DNA of 64,000 nucleotides from a virus. The DNA lies in IMG/VR virus record IMGVR_UViG_3300025131_011243, positions 32,001 to 96,000 of that record; one strand, written 5' to 3'. The notes below the pieces were generated by a model, which saw only the letters and a list, made by a program, of their open reading frames with translations, was not told where the DNA came from and did not search any database. The translations under genes and the position numbers were made by a program. Positions within the stretch are counted from its first letter, which is position 1; the number at the start of each line of letters is the position of its first letter. Shown here piece by piece: positions 9,507 to 19,122 of this stretch.

Positions 9507-11395
9507 TCTACAACCCCAATCGGTTCGAGTACCGTTCCATCCCAAGTTCTCCATTCGCCCAAAGACGATACCTGATATCCCATAGCATTGGGCTTGGGAA
9601 CAAACTCCATGATCGAAACCTGTTCTGGATCTACCTTCGACAGCCCTACGGCATCGCTCAAAAAGAACAAAGGATTTAAAGGACCACCAGCCTCTTCCCT
9701 GAACGTTATCCACTCTTTGTACAAATCAAAACGCTTGTCAATCAATTCATCCGAAGTAAGCCTTCGACGGAACCTTGTATACTTAGTCTCCACCCCAGTG
9801 CCATGGGGCCATGCTTCTCCCACAGGTTCCCACTCCCATTCGTCCTTCTCATTCTGTTCTTCAACTGTTTTGGGGAAAATGAAAGCGTCTGTATATTCAT
9901 ACCCTTCAAGAGTAGCCTTGATGTCAATTGGCATTTCGTCTGTATCTTTTCTGCTGTGGTAGTAGTAGATATTTTTCAACCAAGGTCTATCCGCATCTTC
10001 CCCCTTTGCTGCCATATCTAACATTTGCTCGATTGAGATTTTATTCTTGGCTACTTTCACGCCATCCAGCAACGAACTCTTGATAGCCCTGGCGACATCG
10101 ATGTCGGTCGTAAAGCTGATCGTATCGCTTGCTCCTCCGCCAAGACCTAATCCAAGACCCTGAGATAATTCTTCTCTGGTCTTCAGACCGCTATTGATAA
10201 CTTCATCTCTTGCTGTCGTTACATGGTACAATCTCTGCGGCAAAGGCTTAACTGTTTCGATATTGCCTACGTTAAGAAGGAGACCTCTGTCCCTTGCAGT
10301 TTGGGGATTTATTTCTCCCCTTCCTATGGCACGTTGCATTTGGCCCTTCCATTCTCTCCTTTTGTTCCACCATTCTTTATAGGCATCCTCATCGTCGCCA
10401 TAGCGTTCATCCCATGGACCGGCATAATCCTTTTCAGACATATCCCAAAGATTGGATTGTGACTCTTTATGCCAGTTCATCTTGTCCGCTTCCATTAGGT
10501 CGGCTGACAGGTCACGCCACGCCAGGTCGATCCACGCCTGTTCATGGGTTCCAATCAGAGCATGGTCCACGCCACTGCCATGGATGCCGCTCTCGTGATC
10601 AGAGATGCGGACCTCGATCACTTCATCGCCCCGATCCAGCGTGACGTATTGGCTGAAGGAGCGGGACGAAGGCTCGGTGTACACACTCCAGCCGTGCGAC
10701 CTTGCCGTGTCCGTGACCGCCGCAACGGCCTGCTCGACCCATTCAACTCGGGCATCGTCATCCGCCAAGTTGGGGTCTATCGCCGGAGGCAGATCAATGG
10801 CTTCCGGCTCGGCTACTTCGGCCTCCTCATCTCCAGGTTGATTGGCTTCTTCGACAAGCTGACGATAATATGATCTAGCCAGACTTTCTCCAGCAGGCGT
10901 CATTTGCCCTAAAATCTGATCTGGTTTTCTATTCTTCATCCATTCAGATAATAGATAAGTACCTATCCCCATACTTTGCATTTCATCCACAACCCACACG
11001 CCAGGAACTCCCCATTCATCAGATACTAGACCCACAGCCTCGCCTTGCTCAAAAGCTACAATAGTGTTATTGTATAAATCCTTGCCTTGCAATCTTATTT
11101 CTTCATCAGTTAAATACAAAGCCAAGCCCTTTTCATCTCTAACTATTTCATCATTATCATCTGTTCGCACGTATTTGTTTTTCTCTCCATTCTGCCTAAA
11201 CTCAATAGGCATATCTCCAAATACCTTTTGGGAATGTAAAACAGGATACCCTTCTATCTGCATCCAAGACAGGCCCTCTCTATCCGCATAATCTTCATAA
11301 GCATCAGACGAGATATCTCCTGTACGATGATGGTCTATGAATTCATCCTCTGTCATATCTGTTACATTTTGTGCAAATTTATACCAGTTCATCAA
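9503..11395 (-). CDS. Multidomain MNWYKFAQ-leader protein: GNAT-like domain, GC-rich insert, internal MNWHKESQ leader, ART-like domain
   Basis: VWVVDEMQSMGIGTYLL (GNAT motif A); LYHVTT..V..SGLK, ISFTT, GEWR (ART-like). Confidence 0.7.
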   Translation of the reverse strand: MMNWYKFAQNVTDMTEDEFIDHHRTGDISSDAYEDYADREGLSWMQIEGYPVLHSQKVFGDMPIEFRQNGEKNKYVRTDDNDEIVRDEKGLALYLTDEEIRLQGKDLYNNTIVAFEQGEAVGLVSDEWGVPGVWVVDEMQSMGIGTYLLSEWMKNRKPDQILGQMTPAGESLARSYYRQLVEEANQPGDEEAEVAEPEAIDLPPAIDPNLADDDARVEWVEQAVAAVTDTARSHGWSVYTEPSSRSFSQYVTLDRGDEVIEVRISDHESGIHGSGVDHALIGTHEQAWIDLAWRDLSADLMEADKMNWHKESQSNLWDMSEKDYAGPWDERYGDDEDAYKEWWNKRREWKGQMQRAIGRGEINPQTARDRGLLLNVGNIETVKPLPQRLYHVTTARDEVINSGLKTREELSQGLGLGLGGGASDTISFTTDIDVARAIKSSLLDGVKVAKNKISIEQMLDMAAKGEDADRPWLKNIYYYHSRKDTDEMPIDIKATLEGYEYTDAFIFPKTVEEQNEKDEWEWEPVGEAWPHGTGVETKYTRFRRRLTSDELIDKRFDLYKEWITFREEAGGPLNPLFFLSDAVGLSKVDPEQVSIMEFVPKPNAMGYQVSSLGEWRTWDGTVLEPIGVVE

Positions 11396-11856
11396 TACCT
11401 CACCATATGAGCAGAACCATCTGAATTCGTTGATTCAATATCAAAACCAAAACGATCCTCCAGAACGTGGACTAACCTTGGATTAATAACCCATAATCTC
11501 ATCATCGTTTTCATATCATACTGACTGCTGAAGCTTTCGTAATACTCTATGGCCTCTTTGATCAGCTTGATTCCTACCAATCCTTTCCCTCTAAATTCCG
11601 GCAAAACAGAAATGTCAAATGAAAACACAGATACGTCATCCTCATTACCCCATCCGCTGGAAATCGCACCAATCACACGACCATCCTCAATAGCCAGATG
11701 AGATAAGTCCTTGGTAGAATCCGGCCTTACTCCACTGTCTTCAAAGACCTTATCAGCTTGATCGGCCAGGTCGTAGATATCCTCATCAAGATCGATGTCT
11801 ATATCATCTTCCAATGAGAACGGAACGATATTCACAGCTTGCTTATACCAGTTCAT
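11392..11856 (-). CDS. GNAT acetyltransferase with MNWYKQAV leader
   Basis: ISVLPEFRGKGLVGIKLI; FGF near C-terminus; start ATG 11856. Confidence 0.8.
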   Translation of the reverse strand: MNWYKQAVNIVPFSLEDDIDIDLDEDIYDLADQADKVFEDSGVRPDSTKDLSHLAIEDGRVIGAISSGWGNEDDVSVFSFDISVLPEFRGKGLVGIKLIKEAIEYYESFSSQYDMKTMMRLWVINPRLVHVLEDRFGFDIESTNSDGSAHMVRY

Positions 11857-12391
11857 CTTTGTCCTCATTCTGATCTAGAATCATAACAGCATTCGAATCT
11901 GGGTACTTGTTGACGAATCCCATGTCCTCGTACCATTTTCTTAGCTTCTTGGAATTCAATCCAGGTTTCCCTCTGCCAACTTGGCCATGAATGGGAGCCG
12001 GTTCGATAACAACCTTAACTCCAATCTCTTTAGCAACAGACAATAATTGCTGCATAGCTTCATTTCCTCTGCCGGATTTTCGTTCCGAAGGATCGACAAT
12101 AATACCGGAAAGAGTGATTTGATCATCCCTAGCAGAGTAAGAGTCTCCTACCATGACATAGTTCTTATGGGGATATAGATCATTACGAGACAGACCCAGC
12201 TTAACCTTGCCGTCTTGACTGACTAGCGTAGGATAAGTGTAGGATCCAATGTTCATAGCATTGGGGTTCATGCTCAGGTCTTCCATGTTCATGGCTTCTT
12301 CATAAGTCCAGCCATATTCTGCCATTTTATCAGCAATCATTTGGACCAGGTTGACATTGGACTCGGTCTGTGATTCTTTATACCAATTCAT
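11843..12391 (-). CDS. GNAT acetyltransferase with MNWYKESQ leader
   Basis: IIVDPSERKSGRGNEAM; LRKWYEDMGF. Confidence 0.8.
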   Translation of the reverse strand: MNWYKESQTESNVNLVQMIADKMAEYGWTYEEAMNMEDLSMNPNAMNIGSYTYPTLVSQDGKVKLGLSRNDLYPHKNYVMVGDSYSARDDQITLSGIIVDPSERKSGRGNEAMQQLLSVAKEIGVKVVIEPAPIHGQVGRGKPGLNSKKLRKWYEDMGFVNKYPDSNAVMILDQNEDKDELV

Positions 12392-12439
12392 AGCTTATCT
12401 AATGTTCTATAAATGGGGGTCATTATCCTTGCTGATAGA

Positions 12440-12464
12440 AGGTTATGCTATCCTTATTGCCGAA
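12440..12464 (+). promoter_or_regulatory. AGG-N18-CGAA promoter-like motif; a divergent partner AGG-N18-AGAA lies on the minus strand at about 12405-12429
   Basis: AGGttatgctatccttattgcCGAA, 12 nt from C to the ATG at 12473. Confidence 0.55.
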
Positions 12465-12472
12465 ATTGAGGT

Positions 12473-13228
12473 ATGAACTGGTTTAAGAAGATCTCGTCCG
12501 TCACCTTCTCCCCTTCCGGGACCCATGGTATAGCCCAACCCATGAGCCTGCTGGATCTATCTTCAGACCTATTTAGATTCGCAATTAAGAACAAAATAAT
12601 ATCAGGAAAACACAATAGCGTAGACGTAGATGGAGACAGCGACTGGATGTCAGGCTTGGGCATTATTAACTTCTACCTGACAGACGATGCTACCCTAGAA
12701 GATGTTAAAAGAGTCGTAGATGCCTATAACGAAAGCCAAGCAGGACAGGTCTATATTCAGGTGGGAAGGCAAGAACAATCCGGTATGATGGCTGGAGATG
12801 TTGTTCGACTGAACGTTATCAAAAATACTACATCAGACAGAGAAGAAGTGCCAGAAATGAACTTGGCTAATGCCAATGCCTATAAAATGATGCAAGTACT
12901 CAAAAGGTTTGGACTAAATATTGAAGATATCAATAATGGATGTATCGATGTGGACGACTACATGGGGGCAAGACAGTTGATGACCGATCAAACATTAAAA
13001 GAACATGAACAAAAATTCGACATGAATAGAGACTGGGACCAAATGATGGGGACATATCAAGAACCAGAACCATGGGAACAATCAGAGCCAGAAGAACCAA
13101 CGCCAGAGAATGTTCATGGTCCTGACTTTGACTTGAATAGAATAAACCAATACCTGTCAAGATTAGACGGTATCGCTCAATGGACCATTGACAACGATCT
13201 TCCTGATCGCAGAATTTGCTGGAGCTAA
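12473..13228 (+). CDS. Hypothetical protein with MNWFKKIS leader
   Basis: 251-aa ORF, divergent from 11843..12391. Confidence 0.75.
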   Translation: MNWFKKISSVTFSPSGTHGIAQPMSLLDLSSDLFRFAIKNKIISGKHNSVDVDGDSDWMSGLGIINFYLTDDATLEDVKRVVDAYNESQAGQVYIQVGRQEQSGMMAGDVVRLNVIKNTTSDREEVPEMNLANANAYKMMQVLKRFGLNIEDINNGCIDVDDYMGARQLMTDQTLKEHEQKFDMNRDWDQMMGTYQEPEPWEQSEPEEPTPENVHGPDFDLNRINQYLSRLDGIAQWTIDNDLPDRRICWS

Positions 13229-13494
13229 CAGAATATAGACGCCTTTACGATCTTGTCGTTTTCGATATGAACACACATTCGATTGGGAATGGCACAGTAA
13301 TCCAGATGCTCCTCAATAAACTTCCCATCAACACTCAAAATGCTAACGAACAACGGCTTGCCCTCTCTGTCCCTCTTGCCCTTAAGAGCAAACTTAGCCT
13401 CCCTGTGCGTTAGACCTATAATGGACTGCTGAAGAGCCTCTCGTTCTTCTGTCGGATTCATATTAACTCCCCAATACCATAGGATATTTACCAA
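13225..13494 (-). CDS. Hypothetical protein
   Basis: ORF; start may be MNPTEE. Confidence 0.5.
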   Translation of the reverse strand: MVNILWYWGVNMNPTEEREALQQSIIGLTHREAKFALKGKRDREGKPLFVSILSVDGKFIEEHLDYCAIPNRMCVHIENDKIVKASIFC

Positions 13495-13885
13495 AACCTA
13501 TCTTCTCGCTGTCGATGGGGTCTTGAGGTTTATCAAACGCTGACGGAACAAGATATCCAAACAAGCAACTTCCTCCCCATCCTTCTTCGTAAGCATTGCC
13601 ATCATGAACCCATATACTGACTCGCATCCAACCACTTTCTGCCCAGACTTCGAACAACTCGTCAAAAACAAGCTTCTCTCTGAAAGCAATGTATTCTTCT
13701 TGGTTTTCGTGCGGGATTGCAATGCAGATGTTAAGTCCGTACAACTTGTCTTTGTCTTCACAGTCTTTGGGAACAAGATTAAAAGGCATGGCAGCTAGAC
13801 ATGACATACTGGATATGGGAATACTATCACGCTCTCCAGTCTTCTGATTTACGAAGAACATTTTCTTCATGGCATTCCTACGCAA
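13463..13885 (-). CDS. Hypothetical protein
   Basis: ORF in operon context. Confidence 0.6.
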   Translation of the reverse strand: MRRNAMKKMFFVNQKTGERDSIPISSMSCLAAMPFNLVPKDCEDKDKLYGLNICIAIPHENQEEYIAFREKLVFDELFEVWAESGWMRVSIWVHDGNAYEEGWGGSCLFGYLVPSAFDKPQDPIDSEKIGFGKYPMVLGS

Positions 13886-14232
13886 AAAGGAGGCTCTCTA
13901 AAAGCCTTAAACACCAAACCATTGCCGATTACAAGTGGAACTACTTTAGCAATCATGTCAATACACGATTGCTCGTCATCGAACTTGCAGAAAGTGCAAT
14001 CCCCAGTCATGACTTTCTCCATACCGTCAGCACGATATGGAGGAGTTCTCATAGGGTTAAAATATAATCCCCATTGTTCGGTCTGGGAAAAGAGCATGAA
14101 TTTAGCATCGATGCCGTAGATCTCTCCAAGATCCTCATCGACCACGAACCTAGCCATGAAATCTTCAAAACTATTGATCTCTTCTGGATTAAAATAATCT
14201 CTGATACTCATGCAATATAGATCGTCACACAA
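13867..14232 (-). CDS. Hypothetical protein
   Basis: ORF in operon context. Confidence 0.55.
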   Translation of the reverse strand: MCDDLYCMSIRDYFNPEEINSFEDFMARFVVDEDLGEIYGIDAKFMLFSQTEQWGLYFNPMRTPPYRADGMEKVMTGDCTFCKFDDEQSCIDMIAKVVPLVIGNGLVFKAFREPPFCVGMP

Positions 14233-14249
14233 ATTGCCAGATCTTGAAC

Positions 14250-14630
14250 CTAGAACATGAAGCCGTCTTCGTCGTCTTGTCTTTCTCGCTCAACTATATA
14301 GGGCTCCTCTACCTCATACGCTTCACTACCATAGGCTGGATCTATAGTATGAAAAGAACTATCACTCTCCGGGGTCCACCCTTTATCAGCCTTAGCTTGA
14401 TACTCGGATGCTTTCTGATCGGAAGAATTCTGATCTCTGGTTCCAAGGTCAGCAGCCCAACGAGATCCATCTGTCATTTCGGCAACAATATAAAAGGATT
14501 CTCCATAGATGTGACCACTGGGATTCTCCATATCAGCTAACTCTGGATCTTGTCCAATCACCCCATAATCTGATCGGGCAAAAACTCGAACGACCCTATC
14601 TTTGTACCCTGAAGTTTTAACAATCCTCAT
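14250..14630 (-). CDS. Hypothetical protein with MRIVKTSGYK leader
   Basis: ORF; AAGGA RBS. Confidence 0.7.
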   Translation of the reverse strand: MRIVKTSGYKDRVVRVFARSDYGVIGQDPELADMENPSGHIYGESFYIVAEMTDGSRWAADLGTRDQNSSDQKASEYQAKADKGWTPESDSSFHTIDPAYGSEAYEVEEPYIVERERQDDEDGFMF

Positions 14631-14641
14631 AACGATATCCT

Positions 14642-15271
14642 TTATATGTACTCTACCTTGGCTACTTTCAGTGGACCATTGAACGCAATACTACCACCTC
14701 TTCCAACAAATTGCAACAAATCCTCTTGACTCATGATGGATTTCATCTTACGAGCAACATCCTTGACCATCTCTGAATAAGAGGCGTCAACATTATCAGA
14801 CCCCTCCATCATCTCGTTTGTCGCATGAAATCCATCAAATGCCTCGTCCATCGAAACGTTGCCCCACTCCGGATTACGATCCTCTTGGATCATTCTCCTG
14901 TAAGCCTCCCAGACCTCTTTGACCCCCGGCTCGCTAGAAGAAGGATTTGTATCAGATAAATAGTCTGCAACCTGATCTTCATCAGGCATAGCTAAGTTGT
15001 AGTCAGGAACAGCATGGATAACAGCTACACCTTGAGCCTTGGTAATGCTGGAGATCTCTTTAGCATACTTAATTGCTGCGTCTTTTGAAAAGAAACAATA
15101 AACGCTATCCGGGTCTGAGGGGTTTCCGCCAAAAAACCCTCCGCTCCAATTGCCTGGTCCCGATCCTCTGGGAGAGATAATTCCATCTTGCTCAATCTTT
15201 TGGGCAAGAGAAGCTATCGTTCCATGATAAACGATGTTGGACAAAGATTGGGAAGTCTTGTACCAGTTCAT
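14642..15271 (-). CDS. MNWYKTSQ-leader protein, ADP-ribosyltransferase-like (YHGT)
   Basis: IVYHGT....AQKIEQDGI...SVYCF....AIKYA pattern typical of HYE-type/KptA-like ART folds. Confidence 0.6.
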   Translation of the reverse strand: MNWYKTSQSLSNIVYHGTIASLAQKIEQDGIISPRGSGPGNWSGGFFGGNPSDPDSVYCFFSKDAAIKYAKEISSITKAQGVAVIHAVPDYNLAMPDEDQVADYLSDTNPSSSEPGVKEVWEAYRRMIQEDRNPEWGNVSMDEAFDGFHATNEMMEGSDNVDASYSEMVKDVARKMKSIMSQEDLLQFVGRGGSIAFNGPLKVAKVEYI

Positions 15272-15360
15272 ACAGTTCGATATATCGCTCTAAAGTTCCT
15301 GGATCACGACGCTTTAAGCGACAAACTGTCGGGATTCAGAGTGTCTGATTATCAGATATC

Positions 15361-15576
15361 ATGAATTGCGACATGAAAAACATATCCACCTACGTCTCTT
15401 GGGAAGTTTGGCAAATGATGCGACCAGCATTCAGGGCGGTCTCTGATAAGTACGGAAACCAATTTAGGCAAAGTATTTGTCGAGGATTTGATAAAGGAAG
15501 AAACCCTTCATTCCTAGCACAGAGGATACAACAAAGAATGTTAAAAGACCCGCAAGGAACCCAATATGAGGATTAA
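15361..15576 (+). CDS. Small hypothetical protein
   Basis: ORF overlapping the next gene. Confidence 0.4.
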   Translation: MNCDMKNISTYVSWEVWQMMRPAFRAVSDKYGNQFRQSICRGFDKGRNPSFLAQRIQQRMLKDPQGTQYED

Positions 15577-16111
15577 CCTTTTCGGAGCCCCAGGCAGTGG
15601 TAAATCAACAACTGCCGCATGGCTGTTTTCAGAACTCAAAGTAGCTGGATATAACGTCGAACAAGTCACAGAATATGTCAAGTTCTGGACCTACATCCCC
15701 AGAGAAGTAAAGCCTTGGGATCAAGTCTACATCTTAGGCAAACAAATCCATCAAGAAGCGACGATCTTAGCCGGAGGAGCAGACCATATCGTTTCTGATT
15801 CTCCGCTGCTTATAGCTGTGTTCTACTCTTTCTATTATAACAACCCAATGCAATACGATCTACTGAACATAGCCCTTAGATTCGAAATGCACTATCCATC
15901 CATCAACATCTATCTCGAACAAGATGATATTATGGAATTCTCGGATACCGGCAGATATCACGGTAAAGAAGAATCTGCAAAAATCGATGCAGATATGAAA
16001 GACTATCTTACGATGTGGACTAATGGGAAGTTTACAAGATTAAAAGCAACGGATAGGGAAAATATAATATCCAATGTAGTCGATGCCTTGTCTAGTCATC
16101 AAAAAACCTAA
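15566..16111 (+). CDS. P-loop nucleotide kinase / NadR-like AAA protein
   Basis: INLFGAPGSGKST Walker A; IVSDSPL. Confidence 0.8.
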   Translation: MRINLFGAPGSGKSTTAAWLFSELKVAGYNVEQVTEYVKFWTYIPREVKPWDQVYILGKQIHQEATILAGGADHIVSDSPLLIAVFYSFYYNNPMQYDLLNIALRFEMHYPSINIYLEQDDIMEFSDTGRYHGKEESAKIDADMKDYLTMWTNGKFTRLKATDRENIISNVVDALSSHQKT

Positions 16112-16478
16112 TCTTGTGACCAGGATACATGTTGATCAAATTCAATGTAGCGTCCTCAACAAGTGGCCTACTCCACCCTTCTGATGACAATAGTTTGGCA
16201 GACCCAAAATCTATTACTCTCATCGATATAAACCTTCGTCCTATGCGACCGTAGGAAAATATCCTGCCCAACTTCTTCTTCATAGAAATGTTTTGATCTT
16301 CAAATGTCCGATGATCGGTCTTGACTTCTTCTTTACTCAAGACGATAAGCTCATTGTTCAGAGAAGACCACCACCAATAAGATACACAATCTTCTTCATG
16401 ACCTATTGAACAATAATTAAACGGAACCCACTCATCTAAACTTATCTCCATATTACTATCGACAAAATTTCGGCACAA
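16092..16478 (-). CDS. Hypothetical protein
   Basis: ORF; start probably MEISLD. Confidence 0.5.
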   Translation of the reverse strand: MCRNFVDSNMEISLDEWVPFNYCSIGHEEDCVSYWWWSSLNNELIVLSKEEVKTDHRTFEDQNISMKKKLGRIFSYGRIGRRFISMRVIDFGSAKLLSSEGWSRPLVEDATLNLINMYPGHKIRFFDD

Positions 16479-16503
16479 AAAAAGCGACCCTAATAGGTCG
16501 CTC
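16476..16503 (-). terminator. Rho-independent terminator
   Basis: AGCGACC-stem hairpin followed by a T-run on the minus strand. Confidence 0.75.
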
Positions 16504-16523
16504 TACCGCACATGCCGGGAGGT

Positions 16524-16910
16524 TTATCCAAGATATGACGTTATTTCGTATTTGCCCGAAGGCATAACACACCAAGATAACGTTAGCATAGCATTCTTAA
16601 CAGGAGATCTCTGACCGTCTACTTCCCATACCAAATCAAAGTCTGCCCGTTGGTCGGCAGCTTGAGGGTCTCCACATTCCTTACCCCCAAGTAACATGCC
16701 ATTCCAATTCGACCCCTCTTCATCTATGGGGTAAACATCGTGGGCTTTGAGGATATCAAACAAACCCTGAAGCGGGATTTGCTCGAAATACTTGCCTGTC
16801 AAAAGATCGTATATCTTCCGGCTTATGCTACGCTTCACCTGAGGAGGCAAAACTTTTGGCATTGGCAAGGCACTTTCATTTTCCCATCCCGCTGTCCTGA
16901 TTACCCTCAT
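16524..16910 (-). CDS. Hypothetical protein with MRVIRTAGW leader
   Basis: ORF; ATGA overlap. Confidence 0.75.
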   Translation of the reverse strand: MRVIRTAGWENESALPMPKVLPPQVKRSISRKIYDLLTGKYFEQIPLQGLFDILKAHDVYPIDEEGSNWNGMLLGGKECGDPQAADQRADFDLVWEVDGQRSPVKNAMLTLSWCVMPSGKYEITSYLG

Positions 16911-17410
16911 GCCCCCATTCTCCTCTCAGCCATCATCTCCTGATGAGATTCCCAAGCACTTTGAGACCTCTCTTCTAGATACTTAATGAACTCTTCGTCC
17001 AAAGGTTCCGGAACAACTCTTTGACCCTTACATTCGTAACATTGAACGTCATATCGCCCGCTTGTGTATTCTTCTGCAAAATCTGGATCTTCAGCAAAAT
17101 CCTCTCCCGTCAATCCACCCGCATCAATGGATGGATTGACATGAGTACCCTTGCCTTGGCAAGTTTCACAAACCACCCATTTGAAAGGAATCATTTTCCG
17201 TTCCGTTGTATCGTAATCCAGAGACCCGTCAGGACCCACAGGGGCTGGCATCTCTACCAAAGCTTGCATGTTCTTGATATCAAGCTTTTCGTACCAACTG
17301 CCTTTGTTGCCAGCCATGACTCGACTGTCGCCCATGTAATTGAGGTCGTCCATGATAGCTCTTGCATCTGAGTTAGACATCTTGTATCCTTTTGTTCTTA
17401 TGGTTCTCAT
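16907..17410 (-). CDS. Protein with MRTIRTKGYK leader and DnaJ-type CxxCxGxG zinc finger
   Basis: CETCQGKG and CYECKGQR. Confidence 0.75.
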   Translation of the reverse strand: MRTIRTKGYKMSNSDARAIMDDLNYMGDSRVMAGNKGSWYEKLDIKNMQALVEMPAPVGPDGSLDYDTTERKMIPFKWVVCETCQGKGTHVNPSIDAGGLTGEDFAEDPDFAEEYTSGRYDVQCYECKGQRVVPEPLDEEFIKYLEERSQSAWESHQEMMAERRMGA

Positions 17411-17413
17411 GGT

Positions 17414-18373
17414 TTAATATCCATCTGGGTAGTCATTGGGATTATAATCTCTGTCCCAAGCTTCTTGTCTTTCTATTTCATCCATAGGATCATATTCTGG
17501 TTCATCATATCCAACGTCACTCGTATCCAAGTCATCGTCGTCTATGGCGGGACCCCATCTCTCTTCTATCGTTTGGAACAATTCTTTTGGCATTTGGATT
17601 TTCGTTTTGCCGTCTATGATAAGAGTTGCTCCATTAACAAGCCTTTCATCAGATCCCTCTGGGGGATATCCGGGATCTCCATTCGATAGGGTATGAACAC
17701 CTGGATCATAGTATCCTGAGCTTTCGTAATCAATAGATATTTCCATCGTATGATCGGAAGGGTTCGCTCCTAATGAAGAGAAATGTTGCATGATAAATGC
17801 AGAGACATCATCCGGTACGGCTGTATCGTTTCCTTCTTCTATAATCTCGTTCGTCTCTTCGGGTATGTATAATTCAACTGTGATGCTTCCGTATACTCCG
17901 CTCCAAGATTTGGAGCGTCCAGCACTCTTAAGCCATCCAGACCTTCTGCCGACTCTTATCCAATCTCGCTGATCCATCTGAAGCTTGTTCTCAACGGGCT
18001 GTTCTGGTTGCGTTGGTTGTTCTGGTTGAGTTGGTTGCGTTGGCAAAGGGCCATATTTAATCTCGTCTTCAGACGTCACGTTGAATCCCTTACCCTTAAG
18101 TGAAGCGATTGCCTGTTGTAACTGTTCGGCAGGCATAGGAACCCTAAACGATTGTCCTGTAAACATCCTCTCATTAAAATTCTGTGGCTTAACACTCTTA
18201 AGGTATTGTTTGGCTCTATTGCTTACAAATTCCAACACCACAGGACCACTACCAGGACCTCCATCATGCAATAATATATCCGCTTCTCTACGGCGACGAG
18301 AGGTCTCCATTTGAGCAGGAGTTCTTTCGTCTTCCCATGCCGTCTTCCATCCCGATGTTCTGATTACTTTCAT
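17414..18373 (-). CDS. Two-part protein with MKVIRTSGWKTA leader and internal WIRVGRRSGWLKSA motif
   Basis: ORF; AGGAG RBS; QPTQPEQP linker. Confidence 0.75.
   Translation of the reverse strand: MKVIRTSGWKTAWEDERTPAQMETSRRRREADILLHDGGPGSGPVVLEFVSNRAKQYLKSVKPQNFNERMFTGQSFRVPMPAEQLQQAIASLKGKGFNVTSEDEIKYGPLPTQPTQPEQPTQPEQPVENKLQMDQRDWIRVGRRSGWLKSAGRSKSWSGVYGSITVELYIPEETNEIIEEGNDTAVPDDVSAFIMQHFSSLGANPSDHTMEISIDYESSGYYDPGVHTLSNGDPGYPPEGSDERLVNGATLIIDGKTKIQMPKELFQTIEERWGPAIDDDDLDTSDVGYDEPEYDPMDEIERQEAWDRDYNPNDYPDGY
17996..18042 (-). repeat. Short 9-nt tandem repeats encoding a QPT/QPE linker
   Basis: gttctggtt/gcgttggtt units. Confidence 0.6.
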
Positions 18374-18421
18374 ACTGAATTCTCCTGCTTAGAACTTATC
18401 TATACCCTTCTGCTCAAATCG

Positions 18422-18691
18422 TCAGTTTCCTTCAATGCTATCGAATAAAGTGGAATCAGGTTTATTCTTGACGGAAGTTTTCTTGGGTTCAGGAACCTCT
18501 TGATTCAAGGATTTCAATATCCTGAATACGTCAGAAAATTTACTGTACTTGATGCCCCACTTTAATCGCTGTAGCAAATGAGAATTAGATCCAGTATAAA
18601 CATACCGTTTGCCATCAATATAGACTACAAGCCTGCCCGTAGAGTCGTGAGCCGCAATTTGGACTTCAGTAGCAATCTTAAACCAGTTCAT
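18422..18691 (-). CDS. Small protein with MNWFKIAT leader (weak KTSC-like resemblance)
   Basis: DSTGRLVVYIDGKRYVYTG. Confidence 0.6.
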   Translation of the reverse strand: MNWFKIATEVQIAAHDSTGRLVVYIDGKRYVYTGSNSHLLQRLKWGIKYSKFSDVFRILKSLNQEVPEPKKTSVKNKPDSTLFDSIEGN

Positions 18692-18817
18692 ACATTATAT
18701 TCGATTATTTCATATGATGAACCTGGAAACAAAAAAAAGGCCCCTCCGTCCATGCGTAGGGACGAAGAGGCTAGAAACATGAAGCATTTACTCTATCTAT
18801 ATCGTCATATTGACGGA

Positions 18818-19018
18818 TTATACATCATCGTCAAAATCATCTTCTATAGGAGCGAACTCAATAAGATAAGTCCCACCAACAATGATCTCTTGACCCTTTT
18901 CGGTCATGAAACATGCTCTCTCTTTTGAATATGAAATATTAGTGACATTTTCCCAAGCAAGGAAGGGCTCCTTGGGATTAGGGGTATATAACACTACTCT
19001 ACCTTTTCTGTCTGACAT
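18818..19018 (-). CDS. Hypothetical protein
   Basis: ORF with AGGAG RBS. Confidence 0.6.
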   Translation of the reverse strand: MSDRKGRVVLYTPNPKEPFLAWENVTNISYSKERACFMTEKGQEIIVGGTYLIEFAPIEDDFDDDV

Positions 19019-19077
19019 GTTTGTTCTCCTATGTATTACCTATCGACAGAACTCAAATTGTAATTGAATTTTTGGCA

Positions 19078-19102
19078 CAAAAAAGCGGCACGAATGCCGC
19101 TT
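19078..19102 (-). terminator. Rho-independent terminator
   Basis: AAGCGGCA-TTCG-TGCCGCTT hairpin followed by a T-run on the minus strand. Confidence 0.8.
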
Positions 19103-19122
19103 GGAAAGGCGTGAAAGTAATT

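Noticed and set aside
9507-9713. N-terminal 69 residues of track ORF 8967..9713
   Set aside because: They overlap gene 9503..11395 in another frame; the real start is the MNWYK ATG at 9506.
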